This document shows, piece after piece, positions 28,730 through 39,405 of a stretch of DNA of 64,000 nt. A model generated the notes under the pieces. The model was not told the DNA's origin and did not search any database. It saw only the letters and a program-made list of their open reading frames with translations. Origin of the DNA: a virus. The stretch's first letter is position 1; every line of letters starts with the position of its first letter. The stretch is taken from the IMG/VR virus record IMGVR_UViG_3300031687_000001, positions 1 to 64,000 of that record; one strand, written 5' to 3'. The translations under genes and the position numbers were made by a program.

Positions 28730-29181
28730 TTCTTTTTCCTTTGCGCTTTTGTTCGCTTCTTTGGCTTATTGAATATCTCATGCTCAGTGATGACGCGAAA
28801 ACCTAAGCCTTTTGATCTGCACCAATGTCTTGCTGCTTCCCATTTTGCGTGATTAACTACTGCGGCTGCTTTTTGTGATTGACTTTTTGCTTCACCGAGT
28901 GTTTGTCCCGCTGGTTTTATTTCTACCATCTCTGCGTGTTGCTTACCGTTTGCATCTTGATATACCATCAATAAATCTGGCACATAATTAGAATTTTTTC
29001 CAGTAAGTGGGTTTTTGTATGGGATACGATGTGTTTCTGAGCCCCAACCTAATACGGATGGATGATTGTCACACATTCTGAAAACAACTAGTTCCCAACT
29101 TGAACGATATCGTGGTAAGCCCTTACCTAAGTATTTATCTGGATTTTTTGGCGTGTATAAGCCTTGGTGAAATTTTGCCAT
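28726..29181 (-). CDS. 4: Head completion nuclease (gp4-like, TnsA fold)
   Basis: PKNPDKY, YRSSWE, YVPD, VEIKP, KWEAA, FRVITE. Confidence 0.88.
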   Translation of the reverse strand: MAKFHQGLYTPKNPDKYLGKGLPRYRSSWELVVFRMCDNHPSVLGWGSETHRIPYKNPLTGKNSNYVPDLLMVYQDANGKQHAEMVEIKPAGQTLGEAKSQSQKAAAVVNHAKWEAARHWCRSKGLGFRVITEHEIFNKPKKRTKAQRKKK

Positions 29182-29183
29182 TT

Positions 29184-30155
29184 TTACTGACCTTTATTGT
29201 AGTCACTGACGATTTTTTCAAATTGCTCTTTTGTATGGTATAATGCTGAAAGCACACCTGTTGGTGGATTATTCGTCATTTTTTCATTGAGATTAGTATC
29301 AGGATTATAAACCTGCACTGTGTGAATGTTTCTGATTGCATCATATTCCACAGTTGGTCCTACTGGCACAAACTTTATTCCAAGGTTGCCATACATACCT
29401 GCTGCTAGATTATATACTTCTGCTTCATCTGCTGCTAGTGTCTCTTCTGCACTCAATCCAGGAACAACAATTGCTGCGGGGACAGGCGTAGACACTGTGA
29501 CTATAGTAGGCTCTGGTGTTATCGTTGGTGTCACTTCTACTTCTACACCATTGGTAGTTGTTTTATAACCTTCATATGTGAAATCTATACGATATTGTAC
29601 TGGTGCTGATTCTGAATAATTCAGTGTATCGCCCTGTATGTTGGTAATTATCGGATTATAAATTTCTATAATGTTTTTATCGCCGTCTGAAGAAGTTCTA
29701 ATTATCTCTATCTTAGTAATATAATAACGATCATTGGTTAAATTAAAACCCTTAGCACTCTGACCAGAAACTGCAAAATTTTGATTAATAACATCATCAA
29801 TCATAACATCAGAGTTATCTGACATAGGACTTGAATAATAATGATTGTTATATCCTACTAGAAATTTTTCTATCTCTGCATCACGGGTATCATACGCAGA
29901 CAATGATATAGGAGTGTAATCAATTCCAGTTTGAATTGTACGCTTCTTGTTATATTGATTTAATGTCTGAGTCTTCATAGAATGACTAGGCATTTGTATT
30001 TCGGATATACGTGTCAACTCCAGTGCCTTATTGCTACCAATGTGATAGACAACAACACGGAATTGAAACTTATTTCTAGGAACAAGTAAATTCACGGACC
30101 GATCATATTGATCTTGTCCGTAAATTTTTGATGCCGAATTTATAATATTACTCAT
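29184..30155 (-). CDS. Tail-tube-like baseplate protein (gp54/gp48-type) with C-terminal extension
   Basis: PRNKFQF, LNQYNKKR, YTPI, LNYSES...FTYE. Confidence 0.65.
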   Translation of the reverse strand: MSNIINSASKIYGQDQYDRSVNLLVPRNKFQFRVVVYHIGSNKALELTRISEIQMPSHSMKTQTLNQYNKKRTIQTGIDYTPISLSAYDTRDAEIEKFLVGYNNHYYSSPMSDNSDVMIDDVINQNFAVSGQSAKGFNLTNDRYYITKIEIIRTSSDGDKNIIEIYNPIITNIQGDTLNYSESAPVQYRIDFTYEGYKTTTNGVEVEVTPTITPEPTIVTVSTPVPAAIVVPGLSAEETLAADEAEVYNLAAGMYGNLGIKFVPVGPTVEYDAIRNIHTVQVYNPDTNLNEKMTNNPPTGVLSALYHTKEQFEKIVSDYNKGQ

Positions 30156-30169
30156 GAGTTACTAATAAA

Positions 30170-30742
30170 TTAGTTAGCACTTGAACCAGTATTAGCCATT
30201 GTACGCAATATCGCATTATCAAAACGAATAGTCATTGATACCTGCACAACATCGGATGTCGCATAGTTCAAATCACCGAATGTAGCACTTGGGATAAATG
30301 CGCCTTCAAGTTCCCAATAGTCAATAACACCATCTAGACTAGATGTGCCATGTGTTCCATCAAGTGTTTCGATTTTTACATTGAATTTATAATTTTCACC
30401 TGCTTCTGCGCTTACTTGAGAAGTATGATTTACTTGCTTGTTCAGTTGTGAACGAATTGCTTTTATAACATCATTGTTAGTATCATCTCGTAATGCTACT
30501 GTAACATCTTGCCACATGTGCTTTCCTGCAAGTCGTATCTTTGAGTTGTATGCATCAATGGTAATATCGTCATGATCAACTCCAGGTCTGGTTGCACTAA
30601 TTACATTCTGTGTAATTAACGATCCCTTTGAGTCACCTAATCCTGTAAATGTTACACGAAATCTGTATTGTAGTTTTGGCATCAGTGTCTGTGCAGTGGT
30701 AGTATCTCCTGCTGGAATACCGAAATTTGTTAAAATAGCCAT
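30170..30742 (-). CDS. 19: Tail tube protein (gp19-like)
   Basis: PKLQYRFRV, LAGKHMW, WELEGAF, LNY...IRFDNA; follows sheath. Confidence 0.85.
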   Translation of the reverse strand: MAILTNFGIPAGDTTTAQTLMPKLQYRFRVTFTGLGDSKGSLITQNVISATRPGVDHDDITIDAYNSKIRLAGKHMWQDVTVALRDDTNNDVIKAIRSQLNKQVNHTSQVSAEAGENYKFNVKIETLDGTHGTSSLDGVIDYWELEGAFIPSATFGDLNYATSDVVQVSMTIRFDNAILRTMANTGSSAN

Positions 30743-30849
30743 TTGTTCTCTCCTTAAAATTTAAATAGGCTATCCTAATGATAGACTATTATATATATAA
30801 ATGTATTTATGCTTTTTGCATTTTTATTTTGCAGCAAATATTTTGCAAT

Positions 30850-30877
30850 AAAAAACCCACACGAAGTGGGTTTTTTT
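30850..30877. terminator. Bidirectional rho-independent terminator
   Basis: AAAAAACCCAC-ACGAA-GTGGGTTTTTTT. Confidence 0.8.
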
Positions 30878-30898
30878 AAATATTAAATTTAATATTTT

Positions 30899-33295
30899 TT
30901 AACTTAAATCACCTGTATTAACAATACGAACAGGAATATAAATAAATTCTGCCGATTTGGTAGGTTCAATTGCAATATCAACGTAAATTTCATTACGATC
31001 TATACGTGCTGGTGTATTGTTAGTAGTATCACATACTACACTGAAGTCATACACACCACGATTTGCCTGAATATTAGCACAAAAACCATCAAACGTTTGC
31101 TTAACATTATCACGAATTGAATTATCATTTGGCTCAAACAAATATGGGCGCGAAATAACTGCAAAACGCTCACGTAAATATGCAACTAAACGAGCAACGT
31201 TAACACGATCTAATGCGCTTGCGCCTGCTGCCAAAGTCTTCTGACCAAATACAATAATACCTTCTGATGGGAAATTAACAATCGGATTCAATTTATTTTC
31301 ATACATTGCATCGCGATGTCCCTGTGTCAATGCTACTGCTACAAATTCGTTTTCTGAATTGATATAACCAACATTTGATGCGTTTCTTACAACACCACGA
31401 GTCAAACCTGCTGGTGCAAACCACTGGTAACTAACACTATCACTATATGCATATGTGTAAAGTGCACTGTGTGATGCTGGAGCAACTACACTTGCACCTG
31501 ATACTGGATCAGTCGTCAATACACTAGGATAATATGCTGCTGCATAAGAACTCTTGCTTACTAGTCCATCTTCACCATTTTCTACTGCGCCAGTTCCTTG
31601 AACCCAAGATACTGCATCTGCTGGAGCCAATCGTAATGGGGTATCTGCAATAACAAATGCAGTTTCATTGCGATCTGTATTCAATGTTACCATTTCATCC
31701 ATCAACTCTGGATATCCCGGTGCTGTAATTAAACGGAACTGAATAGTTTCTTCACGAAGTGCTGATCCTGATGCACTTGCTTGCATTGCTGCTGCTACAA
31801 CTTTACGCTGTGCCTTACGACCAAATGATCCTGCGCCTGTTGCTGCATTACCAGCAAGGTTACGCCATTTCCAAGTAGTTGTCAATGATGCGTCATACTT
31901 ACGTACTGTATTAGTTGAACGACACATGTTAACTGCTGATGTACCAACTGCATATAATAATGGGTTAGGACCATCTGCTAATACGTTTGCTGCTAATACG
32001 TAATCGCCTGCTGCTGAGTCTAAATCAGTGATATCACCAAATACTACACCGTTAGATGTGCTTTGATCTGTGTTATCTTTAACAACCCATGCTGTTCCAT
32101 TGCTACGATAGATAACTGGATAGTTATCTGCGTCTGTATCAATCCAATAATCACCGTCTGCTCCAACTGTTGGTGCTGCTGAAGTATAAGTTACATTAGT
32201 TGCTTTCTGCCATTTCTGTACACCACCGTCGATTGCTACTTCAAAAATAGCCAAATCATTTACTGCGGTATCAAACCAAATAGTATCAGTAAGTGGTGCG
32301 CCAGTTGGTGCAGTTGTTTGTACTGATGAAATCATGTCTACGAATGCTAGAGTAGTTGAATTGTAACGATGAATAGATACAAAACCATCATCTATATCAA
32401 ACCAAAGATCGCCTTCTGTTAATGTACGCGCTGTTGCTGCTGTGCCATCTTGGAAAGTATCACCAACTACACCAGTAGGTGCTGTTGTCTGTGCGTAAAT
32501 TGCTGTCTGTGCTACGAATGAACCCGCTGTGCTAGTGAACAATGAAATATCATAATCAATACCTGCGCCAGGAGTTGTTGTCTTAATCCAAACATCACCT
32601 ACTTCTGCGCCAACTGGTGCTGAGTAATGTGGTGCTAATGTTGATGTACCAGTTATCCATAGTTGATCTAATGCAACCCATGCACCACCTTCACCAATCC
32701 AATAATGAACGTGTGTTGATGTTACTGTCTCTTCGATAGTAACTAGATAGGTTCCGTCTACAACTACAGTCGTAGGAACGCCAACGTGAGTGGCTACAAT
32801 TTCAACACTAGGTGTTACTGCTGTCCATCCACTTGCTGTGAATTCAAAGATACCATACGCTGATGATGTTGGGTTTACCCAGTAAGTATTATTTGCTGGT
32901 AAGCCAACTGGCTCAACTGTCTGTGGGCGAAGTGCTGTTAAATCTACGTCTGCACGAACAACATATGCTGCTGATGCTTGACCTAAGAATGAATATGCTG
33001 CTAATAGACCGTAATCATTAGTTTCATCACCTTGTTGTACTGTTCCACTTACTGAACGGAAATCTACGTTTCCGAAGTATTGAGTTAGTTCACGTTGTGA
33101 TGTTACTAAGATCGGACTTCCCGATGCTGCTGATTTGGTATATTTTGCAATACCATCTACTTCTGTTCCGGTCGGGTCAACTTTGTCTTGACCTGTCGCG
33201 ATAAAAATCATTGGTACAGTACCTGCTCCCGCTGGTCCGTATACCGACTCGTCTGTTATTTGTACCTGTGTTCCAGGCGATACAAGATTTGCCAT
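30899..33295 (-). CDS. 18: Tail sheath protein (gp18-like)
   Basis: LVSPG...DES, WFAPAGLTRG, LDRVNVARL, FEPND, EFIYI. Confidence 0.95.
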   Translation of the reverse strand: MANLVSPGTQVQITDESVYGPAGAGTVPMIFIATGQDKVDPTGTEVDGIAKYTKSAASGSPILVTSQRELTQYFGNVDFRSVSGTVQQGDETNDYGLLAAYSFLGQASAAYVVRADVDLTALRPQTVEPVGLPANNTYWVNPTSSAYGIFEFTASGWTAVTPSVEIVATHVGVPTTVVVDGTYLVTIEETVTSTHVHYWIGEGGAWVALDQLWITGTSTLAPHYSAPVGAEVGDVWIKTTTPGAGIDYDISLFTSTAGSFVAQTAIYAQTTAPTGVVGDTFQDGTAATARTLTEGDLWFDIDDGFVSIHRYNSTTLAFVDMISSVQTTAPTGAPLTDTIWFDTAVNDLAIFEVAIDGGVQKWQKATNVTYTSAAPTVGADGDYWIDTDADNYPVIYRSNGTAWVVKDNTDQSTSNGVVFGDITDLDSAAGDYVLAANVLADGPNPLLYAVGTSAVNMCRSTNTVRKYDASLTTTWKWRNLAGNAATGAGSFGRKAQRKVVAAAMQASASGSALREETIQFRLITAPGYPELMDEMVTLNTDRNETAFVIADTPLRLAPADAVSWVQGTGAVENGEDGLVSKSSYAAAYYPSVLTTDPVSGASVVAPASHSALYTYAYSDSVSYQWFAPAGLTRGVVRNASNVGYINSENEFVAVALTQGHRDAMYENKLNPIVNFPSEGIIVFGQKTLAAGASALDRVNVARLVAYLRERFAVISRPYLFEPNDNSIRDNVKQTFDGFCANIQANRGVYDFSVVCDTTNNTPARIDRNEIYVDIAIEPTKSAEFIYIPVRIVNTGDLS

Positions 33296-33399
33296 TTTTG
33301 GAGTTCTCCTTTATTTTATTTTACATGTAATTACTAGTTTATGAATCTATATCATTGTTAGTATTTAGCGTAAGTTAAAGAAAAGACCTGATTACAGCG

Positions 33400-34050
33400 T
33401 TAACATAGCAGTTTAATAGTGATATTTCTGAATTCTTCTAATGTCGATTTATTATCAATAGCATGGTCAAATTCCCATCCCGCCCAACTAGATTCACTTG
33501 TATGAATATCTGGGAATTTCACTTCCATATGATTGCCTTCATCATATATTTGATATTGTTCTTCTTCTGATGTAGTGTTCGTGGTAACGGCGACATCCCA
33601 CCATTCTGGTACATCATATCGCCACACAGATGCAGTAGTTCCACCCAATCGCTTGATTACGGCTAACTCGTTGAAGAACCGACAATCAGAAATAACAATA
33701 TTATTATCAATTTGTAGAATCTTGCGTTCTGCTGCTGCTACCCATATATCTGGATTAAAATGTGTTCGCATGACATCTGTGCCGATATACTGTAATGCAT
33801 ATCTAGGTGTAAAATTAGGTATTCCTAATCTATTAGACCACCATGTGTCTACTCGCTCTCTCCAAACCCTACTCTCAGACGTATTACCTTCTAATAGAGT
33901 ACGATCCCAACTAAAAATATTCGCAACAGCATCTTTCAATACTCCTGCGAAACTAACTCTCTGAAATCCCTCTTCAATTAAAAACCCTGCTGCTGTGTCT
34001 TTACCATGACCGATTAATCCACATATACCTATTACTTTCTTTGTCATCAT
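33400..34050 (-). CDS. 1: Deoxynucleoside monophosphate kinase (gp1-like)
   Basis: GLIGHGKDT, SFAGVLKD, PRYALQYIGT, SDCRFFNE. Confidence 0.88.
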   Translation of the reverse strand: MMTKKVIGICGLIGHGKDTAAGFLIEEGFQRVSFAGVLKDAVANIFSWDRTLLEGNTSESRVWRERVDTWWSNRLGIPNFTPRYALQYIGTDVMRTHFNPDIWVAAAERKILQIDNNIVISDCRFFNELAVIKRLGGTTASVWRYDVPEWWDVAVTTNTTSEEEQYQIYDEGNHMEVKFPDIHTSESSWAGWEFDHAIDNKSTLEEFRNITIKLLC

Positions 34051-34067
34051 TACCTTCGTTTATTATG

Positions 34068-34805
34068 TTATCCAATAACGAAACCTAATCCCGAAGAGCC
34101 GTCATTGTAAAGTGTAAGTTCTGTTTCTAGTTTATCAATTTCTGCTTCTGCTGAGGCTTGTAGTTCACCAGCGTTCATTGTAGTGCCACCCTGTGGACCC
34201 GCAATTTGTGCAAACTTACCACGCGCTTGTGCAAGCATTAATTTAGCATGACATAATGCAAAATCCTTAATCCAAGGTCCTGCATATATATCTTTTAATA
34301 ATAATTCCAATGGACGATGATTATACACATGGAGAATACATAAATCATCTGCTTTCATCATACGATGCAAAATTAATTTGTTGTCAGATTTGCGCCAAGT
34401 GAACATGATCTCTGCGCCAAATAAACGACCCATTGTTTCTCTATTCTGTTGTAGGAAATCGAAACTTGCTAAACCACCACTACGACTCGAACCTAATAAA
34501 TAAGTATTCAAGTAATTTGCTTGAAATGGTTCAAAATCATTACCCGTTCCAGATGATACACCAGTTGTGCGGCGATATATATCAGTTACTTCATCTATTT
34601 CACTAGGTAATGTATATTCTGCAACATCTTTTACCAAATCCAGTGAAACAAAACTTTCTTCTACAGAATTTTCTGAGCGTTGACGATATTTTTCTACTGC
34701 CTTCTTGATCGCTAATTCATAGTGTTCTGGATCTAATTCCACATCCACCATTTGACCACCTAAGCGTAGTTCTATTTCTTTGATTAATTCAGATTGTGCT
34801 GACAT
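34068..34805 (-). CDS. 13: Neck protein (gp13-like)
   Basis: RLGGQMVDVELD, WIKDF, KFAQIAGPQGGTTMN. Confidence 0.85.
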   Translation of the reverse strand: MSAQSELIKEIELRLGGQMVDVELDPEHYELAIKKAVEKYRQRSENSVEESFVSLDLVKDVAEYTLPSEIDEVTDIYRRTTGVSSGTGNDFEPFQANYLNTYLLGSSRSGGLASFDFLQQNRETMGRLFGAEIMFTWRKSDNKLILHRMMKADDLCILHVYNHRPLELLLKDIYAGPWIKDFALCHAKLMLAQARGKFAQIAGPQGGTTMNAGELQASAEAEIDKLETELTLYNDGSSGLGFVIG

Positions 34806-34866
34806 AATTATATTCTCCTATTAGGTATATTTATGCTTTTACTGCACGCAAGTCTGTGTTCAAAAA

Positions 34867-36126
34867 CTACTTGAACACTGCAAGAATAATAATCTCAGAA
34901 TTGAATCTACCGTTCATCTTAGTATCAGTCGTAGTCAATGCATTAAATGTCTTCAATGCCTTAGGCTTTGTAATCTTCTTGAATTCTGGTAACACATCGC
35001 CTGGCTTTCGTAATGTCTTCTGTGTACTAACCTCTTCGTTAAAGTTTAATAACGTAGTTCCCTTAACTTTGAAACCATCTGCATCAATTGCTACATATAA
35101 TCCTAGTTTTCGGTTCTTACAATTAAATACTACTGCTGCTACTGCTCCAATTAATCCACTTGGTGCTACACTCGCAATACCATACGAAGAATCATTTGAT
35201 TTAAATTTCAATTTAGATACTAACTGATCTGCCGACTTCTGCTTTACTTTACGAGGAGCCTTTGTTGCTTTCTGTTCAATGATAACAATATCACATGCAT
35301 CAATTATCTTCTTATGCATCGCAATTATAGCCACTAACTGCTTTGCATTGAAATGCGAATATGCTTCTGCTAATTGTTCACATGCATCTTGCTCTTCTTC
35401 GCTTAATTTCTTAAATGCTGCTGGTTTTGGGATTGCAGCAACTTCTAACAATTCTTCATATACATCATTATAAAAACCTTTGATGATACGAGCATGATTT
35501 GCCTTTGCTTCTGCTACAATCAAAATTGTATGGGGTTCAAAATTCGCTACCAACTTAATATCACGCGATACTACAAATTCTTCAATTCCATCATCAATCG
35601 GTTCGCACATCGCAGTGGCTGCTTTACGCATGATATCTTGAATGCTAGGAACGACACTAATTACTGGTTTCGCTTCTTCGATTGTATCATCTGCTCCAAC
35701 AATGCGTGAACCAATTGCAATAACATCTGCAATACCACCAGTTACAAACTCACTAACAGGTTTTAGTTCAGATGAAGTGCCTTTAAGATTGCGCCACATG
35801 TCTGCATGATTTTGCTGCAAATCAGGCATACCCGTAGTCAACAATTTTGCATAAATTCCAACTTGTACTGGAATATGCGACACTGCCTTTGCTGCTTTGA
35901 TATCTGCTGAACTGTATTTGTGTTGCTTCATATAGTCATACACATAACCACGCAAATCTGCCGTCTTTACATTCTGATAATACAATCGTGCAAATGCAGT
36001 TCGCTCTTTATGAAATTTATCACCAGACCAAGTTTCTGCCGAAGACCAATCTGGATCAGTAAATCCAGTTTTACGATTAATTTTTGCCCTAGGCTTCTTG
36101 CGAGGGACTTTTATGCTAATAGCCAT
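34867..36126 (-). CDS. Conserved hypothetical early/middle protein
   Basis: 419 aa; TTGACA-17-TATAGT promoter at 36152-36180. Confidence 0.7.
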   Translation of the reverse strand: MAISIKVPRKKPRAKINRKTGFTDPDWSSAETWSGDKFHKERTAFARLYYQNVKTADLRGYVYDYMKQHKYSSADIKAAKAVSHIPVQVGIYAKLLTTGMPDLQQNHADMWRNLKGTSSELKPVSEFVTGGIADVIAIGSRIVGADDTIEEAKPVISVVPSIQDIMRKAATAMCEPIDDGIEEFVVSRDIKLVANFEPHTILIVAEAKANHARIIKGFYNDVYEELLEVAAIPKPAAFKKLSEEEQDACEQLAEAYSHFNAKQLVAIIAMHKKIIDACDIVIIEQKATKAPRKVKQKSADQLVSKLKFKSNDSSYGIASVAPSGLIGAVAAVVFNCKNRKLGLYVAIDADGFKVKGTTLLNFNEEVSTQKTLRKPGDVLPEFKKITKPKALKTFNALTTTDTKMNGRFNSEIIILAVFK

Positions 36127-36183
36127 GTTGTATTTCCTTTGATTTAAATATACTATACACTACTTATAGTTTTTTGTCAAATA

Positions 36184-36495
36184 TTATAGTGGAATCGCTT
36201 CATATAATCGTTTTTGCTTGATATCCCACTTCTCAATGACAGGATTGCCCTCGTCATCTTCGTCAACTACAATGTACGCAATACCTTTCTTGACATTCGC
36301 ATAGCGATAACCACTATCAAACGCAGACGGACTCGTAACCCATACTAAATGCGGATACTCAGAAACATCGACAAATGGGGTATCATTTAAATTCTTAGAA
36401 AATTCAAATATCCCACCTTCTGACTTTTCAAAAAATGAACCAAGAATAGAACTGTCACCAGTGTTGAAATAAACAGACGAATCGGCAAATGCCAT
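36184..36495 (-). CDS. Early hypothetical protein
   Basis: 103 aa with SD GGGAG. Confidence 0.7.
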   Translation of the reverse strand: MAFADSSVYFNTGDSSILGSFFEKSEGGIFEFSKNLNDTPFVDVSEYPHLVWVTSPSAFDSGYRYANVKKGIAYIVVDEDDEGNPVIEKWDIKQKRLYEAIPL

Positions 36496-36579
36496 AATTA
36501 TACTCCCATTGTATTGTATGCCTCTTCATCGACGCTTAGAGGAGACATTTAGCGTACTGTAGCGACTATATAAGCCCTA

Positions 36580-36867
36580 CTACAGTGACAAATATAAACC
36601 AGTTTCTTTTTCAATTAAATCGTGCATCATATCACAGTAAATGCCATCATGCGATGCAACTACATTGAATTTCATACCCCAAATCTTACCGAATGTGATG
36701 TCATATGTGTCGCTCGCATTAAGAGCAATCTTAACGTGGTTGACACGCTTGCTACCACGAACACGAAAAGAAAGATCGTCGCCACCAGTGGCTAAATTCT
36801 TTGCACCCATCATATACAATGCTTTGTTACCGATTTGGTTCTTGATAATAGTAGCAACTTGTGACAT
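36580..36867 (-). CDS. Early hypothetical protein
   Basis: 95 aa behind consensus promoter. Confidence 0.7.
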   Translation of the reverse strand: MSQVATIIKNQIGNKALYMMGAKNLATGGDDLSFRVRGSKRVNHVKIALNASDTYDITFGKIWGMKFNVVASHDGIYCDMMHDLIEKETGLYLSL

Positions 36868-36933
36868 AATTTTTCTCGCTTTGATTAATTAACTTACTTA
36901 ACTATTATAGCAACATGTCTTACTATTGTCAAG
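36868..36933 (-). promoter_or_regulatory. Early promoter/leader cassette, copy 2
   Basis: TTGACA-17-TATAAT; shares 26 identical nt and AGCGAGAAA with copy 1. Confidence 0.85.
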
Positions 36934-36982
36934 AGTTTTTCAAATCTTTTTGCATAAATACTCTATATATAAGGAGTAATCT

Positions 36983-38047
36983 ATGCCTCGTTTAAGTCTC
37001 TATCGTGCGACAAAAACCAATGACTTTAACTTTCATGACAGAACCATCAGAGAACAGTTTGATATCGGTGGTACTGCCATACATGTTCATAAATATCTTG
37101 GACCCAAAGAAACTATCAATAGTGATGACCCCACTGAACCAAATTATGGTTCTGGTCTTGAACTTGATCCCACTTTAGGCATTGAGATCAATCCTGAAGG
37201 ATTTATTAATGAAACTAAGATACAAGACTTGTTGTTTATGGAAAACCGTGATCGTAAGTATGATCCAGACATTTTTGAATTACGTGGTGTATACAACGTA
37301 ACAGACAATGACTTTGATTTAACACAATTTGGTCTATTCTTAACTAATGATACAATGTTCATCACATTTCACACAAACGATATGGTAGCAAAGGTCGGAA
37401 GAAAACTAATGCCGGGCGATGTACTAGAATTACCCCATTTACGCGATGATCTTTTACTAAATCATGACAGAACTGCTATTAATAAATTTTATGTCGTTCA
37501 AGATGCTAACCGTGGTAGTGAAGGATATAGTCAGACATGGTATAGTCATATCTGGCGTGTTAAAGTAACACCGCTAACCGATACACAAGAATACGCAGAC
37601 ATACTAGGAACAGCCGATGATCCAAATAGTTTGAAACAAGATCTAAGTTCATATAAAACAGAGATTAATATTTCTAATGCTATCATACAAAGTGCTGAAC
37701 TTGACGATCCGCTAGGAATACCATTGGTAGATCATTTATTTGGTCAACCAACAACAGATGATGAATACGATCATGGCGAAGTACTAGACAAAGGTGATCA
37801 ATTCCCGCAAATGCCAAACGATGGTGATTATTTCGTAAGAGAAGATTTCTCTCCTAATCGTTTATTCGTTTATCGAGGTAGTCGCTGGCAAAGATTGTAT
37901 GACAATGTCAATGACACCACTTGGACTGATAGAACATTCAACGCAAGCGGCTTCATAGAAAACCTAGCAACAACTGTTGTAGACAATAAAGAAGTGCCCG
38001 AAAGACAGGCATTATCAGATGTAATCAAACCAAAGAGTGATTTTTAA
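36983..38047 (+). CDS. 14: Neck/head-closure protein (gp14-like)
   Basis: DLLFMENRDRKY, LTQFGLFL, GDVLELPH; late promoter CATAAATA and SD AAGGAG. Confidence 0.75.
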   Translation: MPRLSLYRATKTNDFNFHDRTIREQFDIGGTAIHVHKYLGPKETINSDDPTEPNYGSGLELDPTLGIEINPEGFINETKIQDLLFMENRDRKYDPDIFELRGVYNVTDNDFDLTQFGLFLTNDTMFITFHTNDMVAKVGRKLMPGDVLELPHLRDDLLLNHDRTAINKFYVVQDANRGSEGYSQTWYSHIWRVKVTPLTDTQEYADILGTADDPNSLKQDLSSYKTEINISNAIIQSAELDDPLGIPLVDHLFGQPTTDDEYDHGEVLDKGDQFPQMPNDGDYFVREDFSPNRLFVYRGSRWQRLYDNVNDTTWTDRTFNASGFIENLATTVVDNKEVPERQALSDVIKPKSDF

Positions 38048-38049
38048 TT

Positions 38050-39405
38050 ATGGCACAATATTTTTATGATAGACAAGTTCGTCGATATATACAACAGTTC
38101 ATCAGATTGTTTGGTGGATTTGATGTACAAATGGGAGTCAATGACCAAAAGATGCCCATCTACCAAACTGTACCAGTTCGCTATGGCGACACAAATCGCA
38201 TGGCTGCGCATATTACTCGCGAAAACAGTGAAAATATAATAAACACTGTTCCATTCATATCTTGTTATGTTACGGCACTTGAAATGGCTCCAGAACGTAG
38301 GATGCACCAAGGACATGTAGACAAAGTACAAGTTTATGAAAAAGCAATAGATGATACAACTGGCGAATACACGAACGAGGTCGGAAATCGATATACGGTT
38401 GAACGTCATATGCCAGTTCCATATAACTTAACTATGAATTGCGACATCTGGACTTCAAACACAGATCAGAAATTGCAATTGCTTGAGCAAATTATGGTAT
38501 TATTCAATCCTACATTAAATATCCACACAACGGACAATCCACTTGATTGGTCAAGTCTTGCTTATGTAGAAATGAAAAGTTCGCAATGGTCGAGTCGTAG
38601 TGTAGGCGCAAGTGTCGATGATATTATTGATGTTAGTACACTCACGTTTGAAATGCCGATATTTATTAATCCCCCTGCCAAATTAAAACAGCAAAAATTG
38701 ATTTATACCGTAATCAACCAATTATATAATTTAGATGATGTCAATTTAGATGCATTTGATGCAAAGGAACCATTTGACACATCATCGCTGCAATATATAA
38801 CTGTTACATTGGATGATATGAAAATTAAATTTGAAAATGACATAGCATACTTGTTTAATGATTCTGGTACTAATCTAGATGAAAATGGCGCTCAACTTGA
38901 TTGGTCTAAATTCTTGACTCCCTTCGGTGAATTACGAGAAGGTATTAGTCAGATGCGTATAAGAAAATCAAATGCACCTAACGACACAGATAATGATATT
39001 ATTGGTAGACTTAGTTTTAATACAGGCAATGTAAATGCGTTAAATGTAGATGTAGACACTAGCACTCTGCCCACGAATACATTGACTGCGGTTAATGGTG
39101 TTTTAAACCCATTACAGAATTATCCAGGCGATGGTTCGGTAGATGCTGCCGTTATCGGCACTAGATATATTATTACGAATGATATCCCGAATGGTGGCGA
39201 ATGGGCTGGGTTAAATGCGTATACCAATGACATCATTGAATACAATGGCTCAATATGGACAGTATCATTTGACCATAGTGCGGTGACTACTCAACAATAT
39301 GTAGAAAATATCTTATCCGATGACCAATTAGAATGGACAGGATCAGAATGGATTAATAGCCATGAAGGGATATATAACGCTGGGTTCTGGCGGCTTTATA
39401 TATGA
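38050..39405 (+). CDS. 15: Tail terminator/sheath stabiliser (gp15-like) with C-terminal extension
   Basis: YFYD..RRYI, VPVRYGD, PVPYNL, QLLEQIMVLFNP. Confidence 0.85.
   Translation: MAQYFYDRQVRRYIQQFIRLFGGFDVQMGVNDQKMPIYQTVPVRYGDTNRMAAHITRENSENIINTVPFISCYVTALEMAPERRMHQGHVDKVQVYEKAIDDTTGEYTNEVGNRYTVERHMPVPYNLTMNCDIWTSNTDQKLQLLEQIMVLFNPTLNIHTTDNPLDWSSLAYVEMKSSQWSSRSVGASVDDIIDVSTLTFEMPIFINPPAKLKQQKLIYTVINQLYNLDDVNLDAFDAKEPFDTSSLQYITVTLDDMKIKFENDIAYLFNDSGTNLDENGAQLDWSKFLTPFGELREGISQMRIRKSNAPNDTDNDIIGRLSFNTGNVNALNVDVDTSTLPTNTLTAVNGVLNPLQNYPGDGSVDAAVIGTRYIITNDIPNGGEWAGLNAYTNDIIEYNGSIWTVSFDHSAVTTQQYVENILSDDQLEWTGSEWINSHEGIYNAGFWRLYI

Noticed and set aside
28726-29181. TnsA-like nuclease as a transposon
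   Set aside because: Matches the T4 gp4 head-completion family in its normal structural context.
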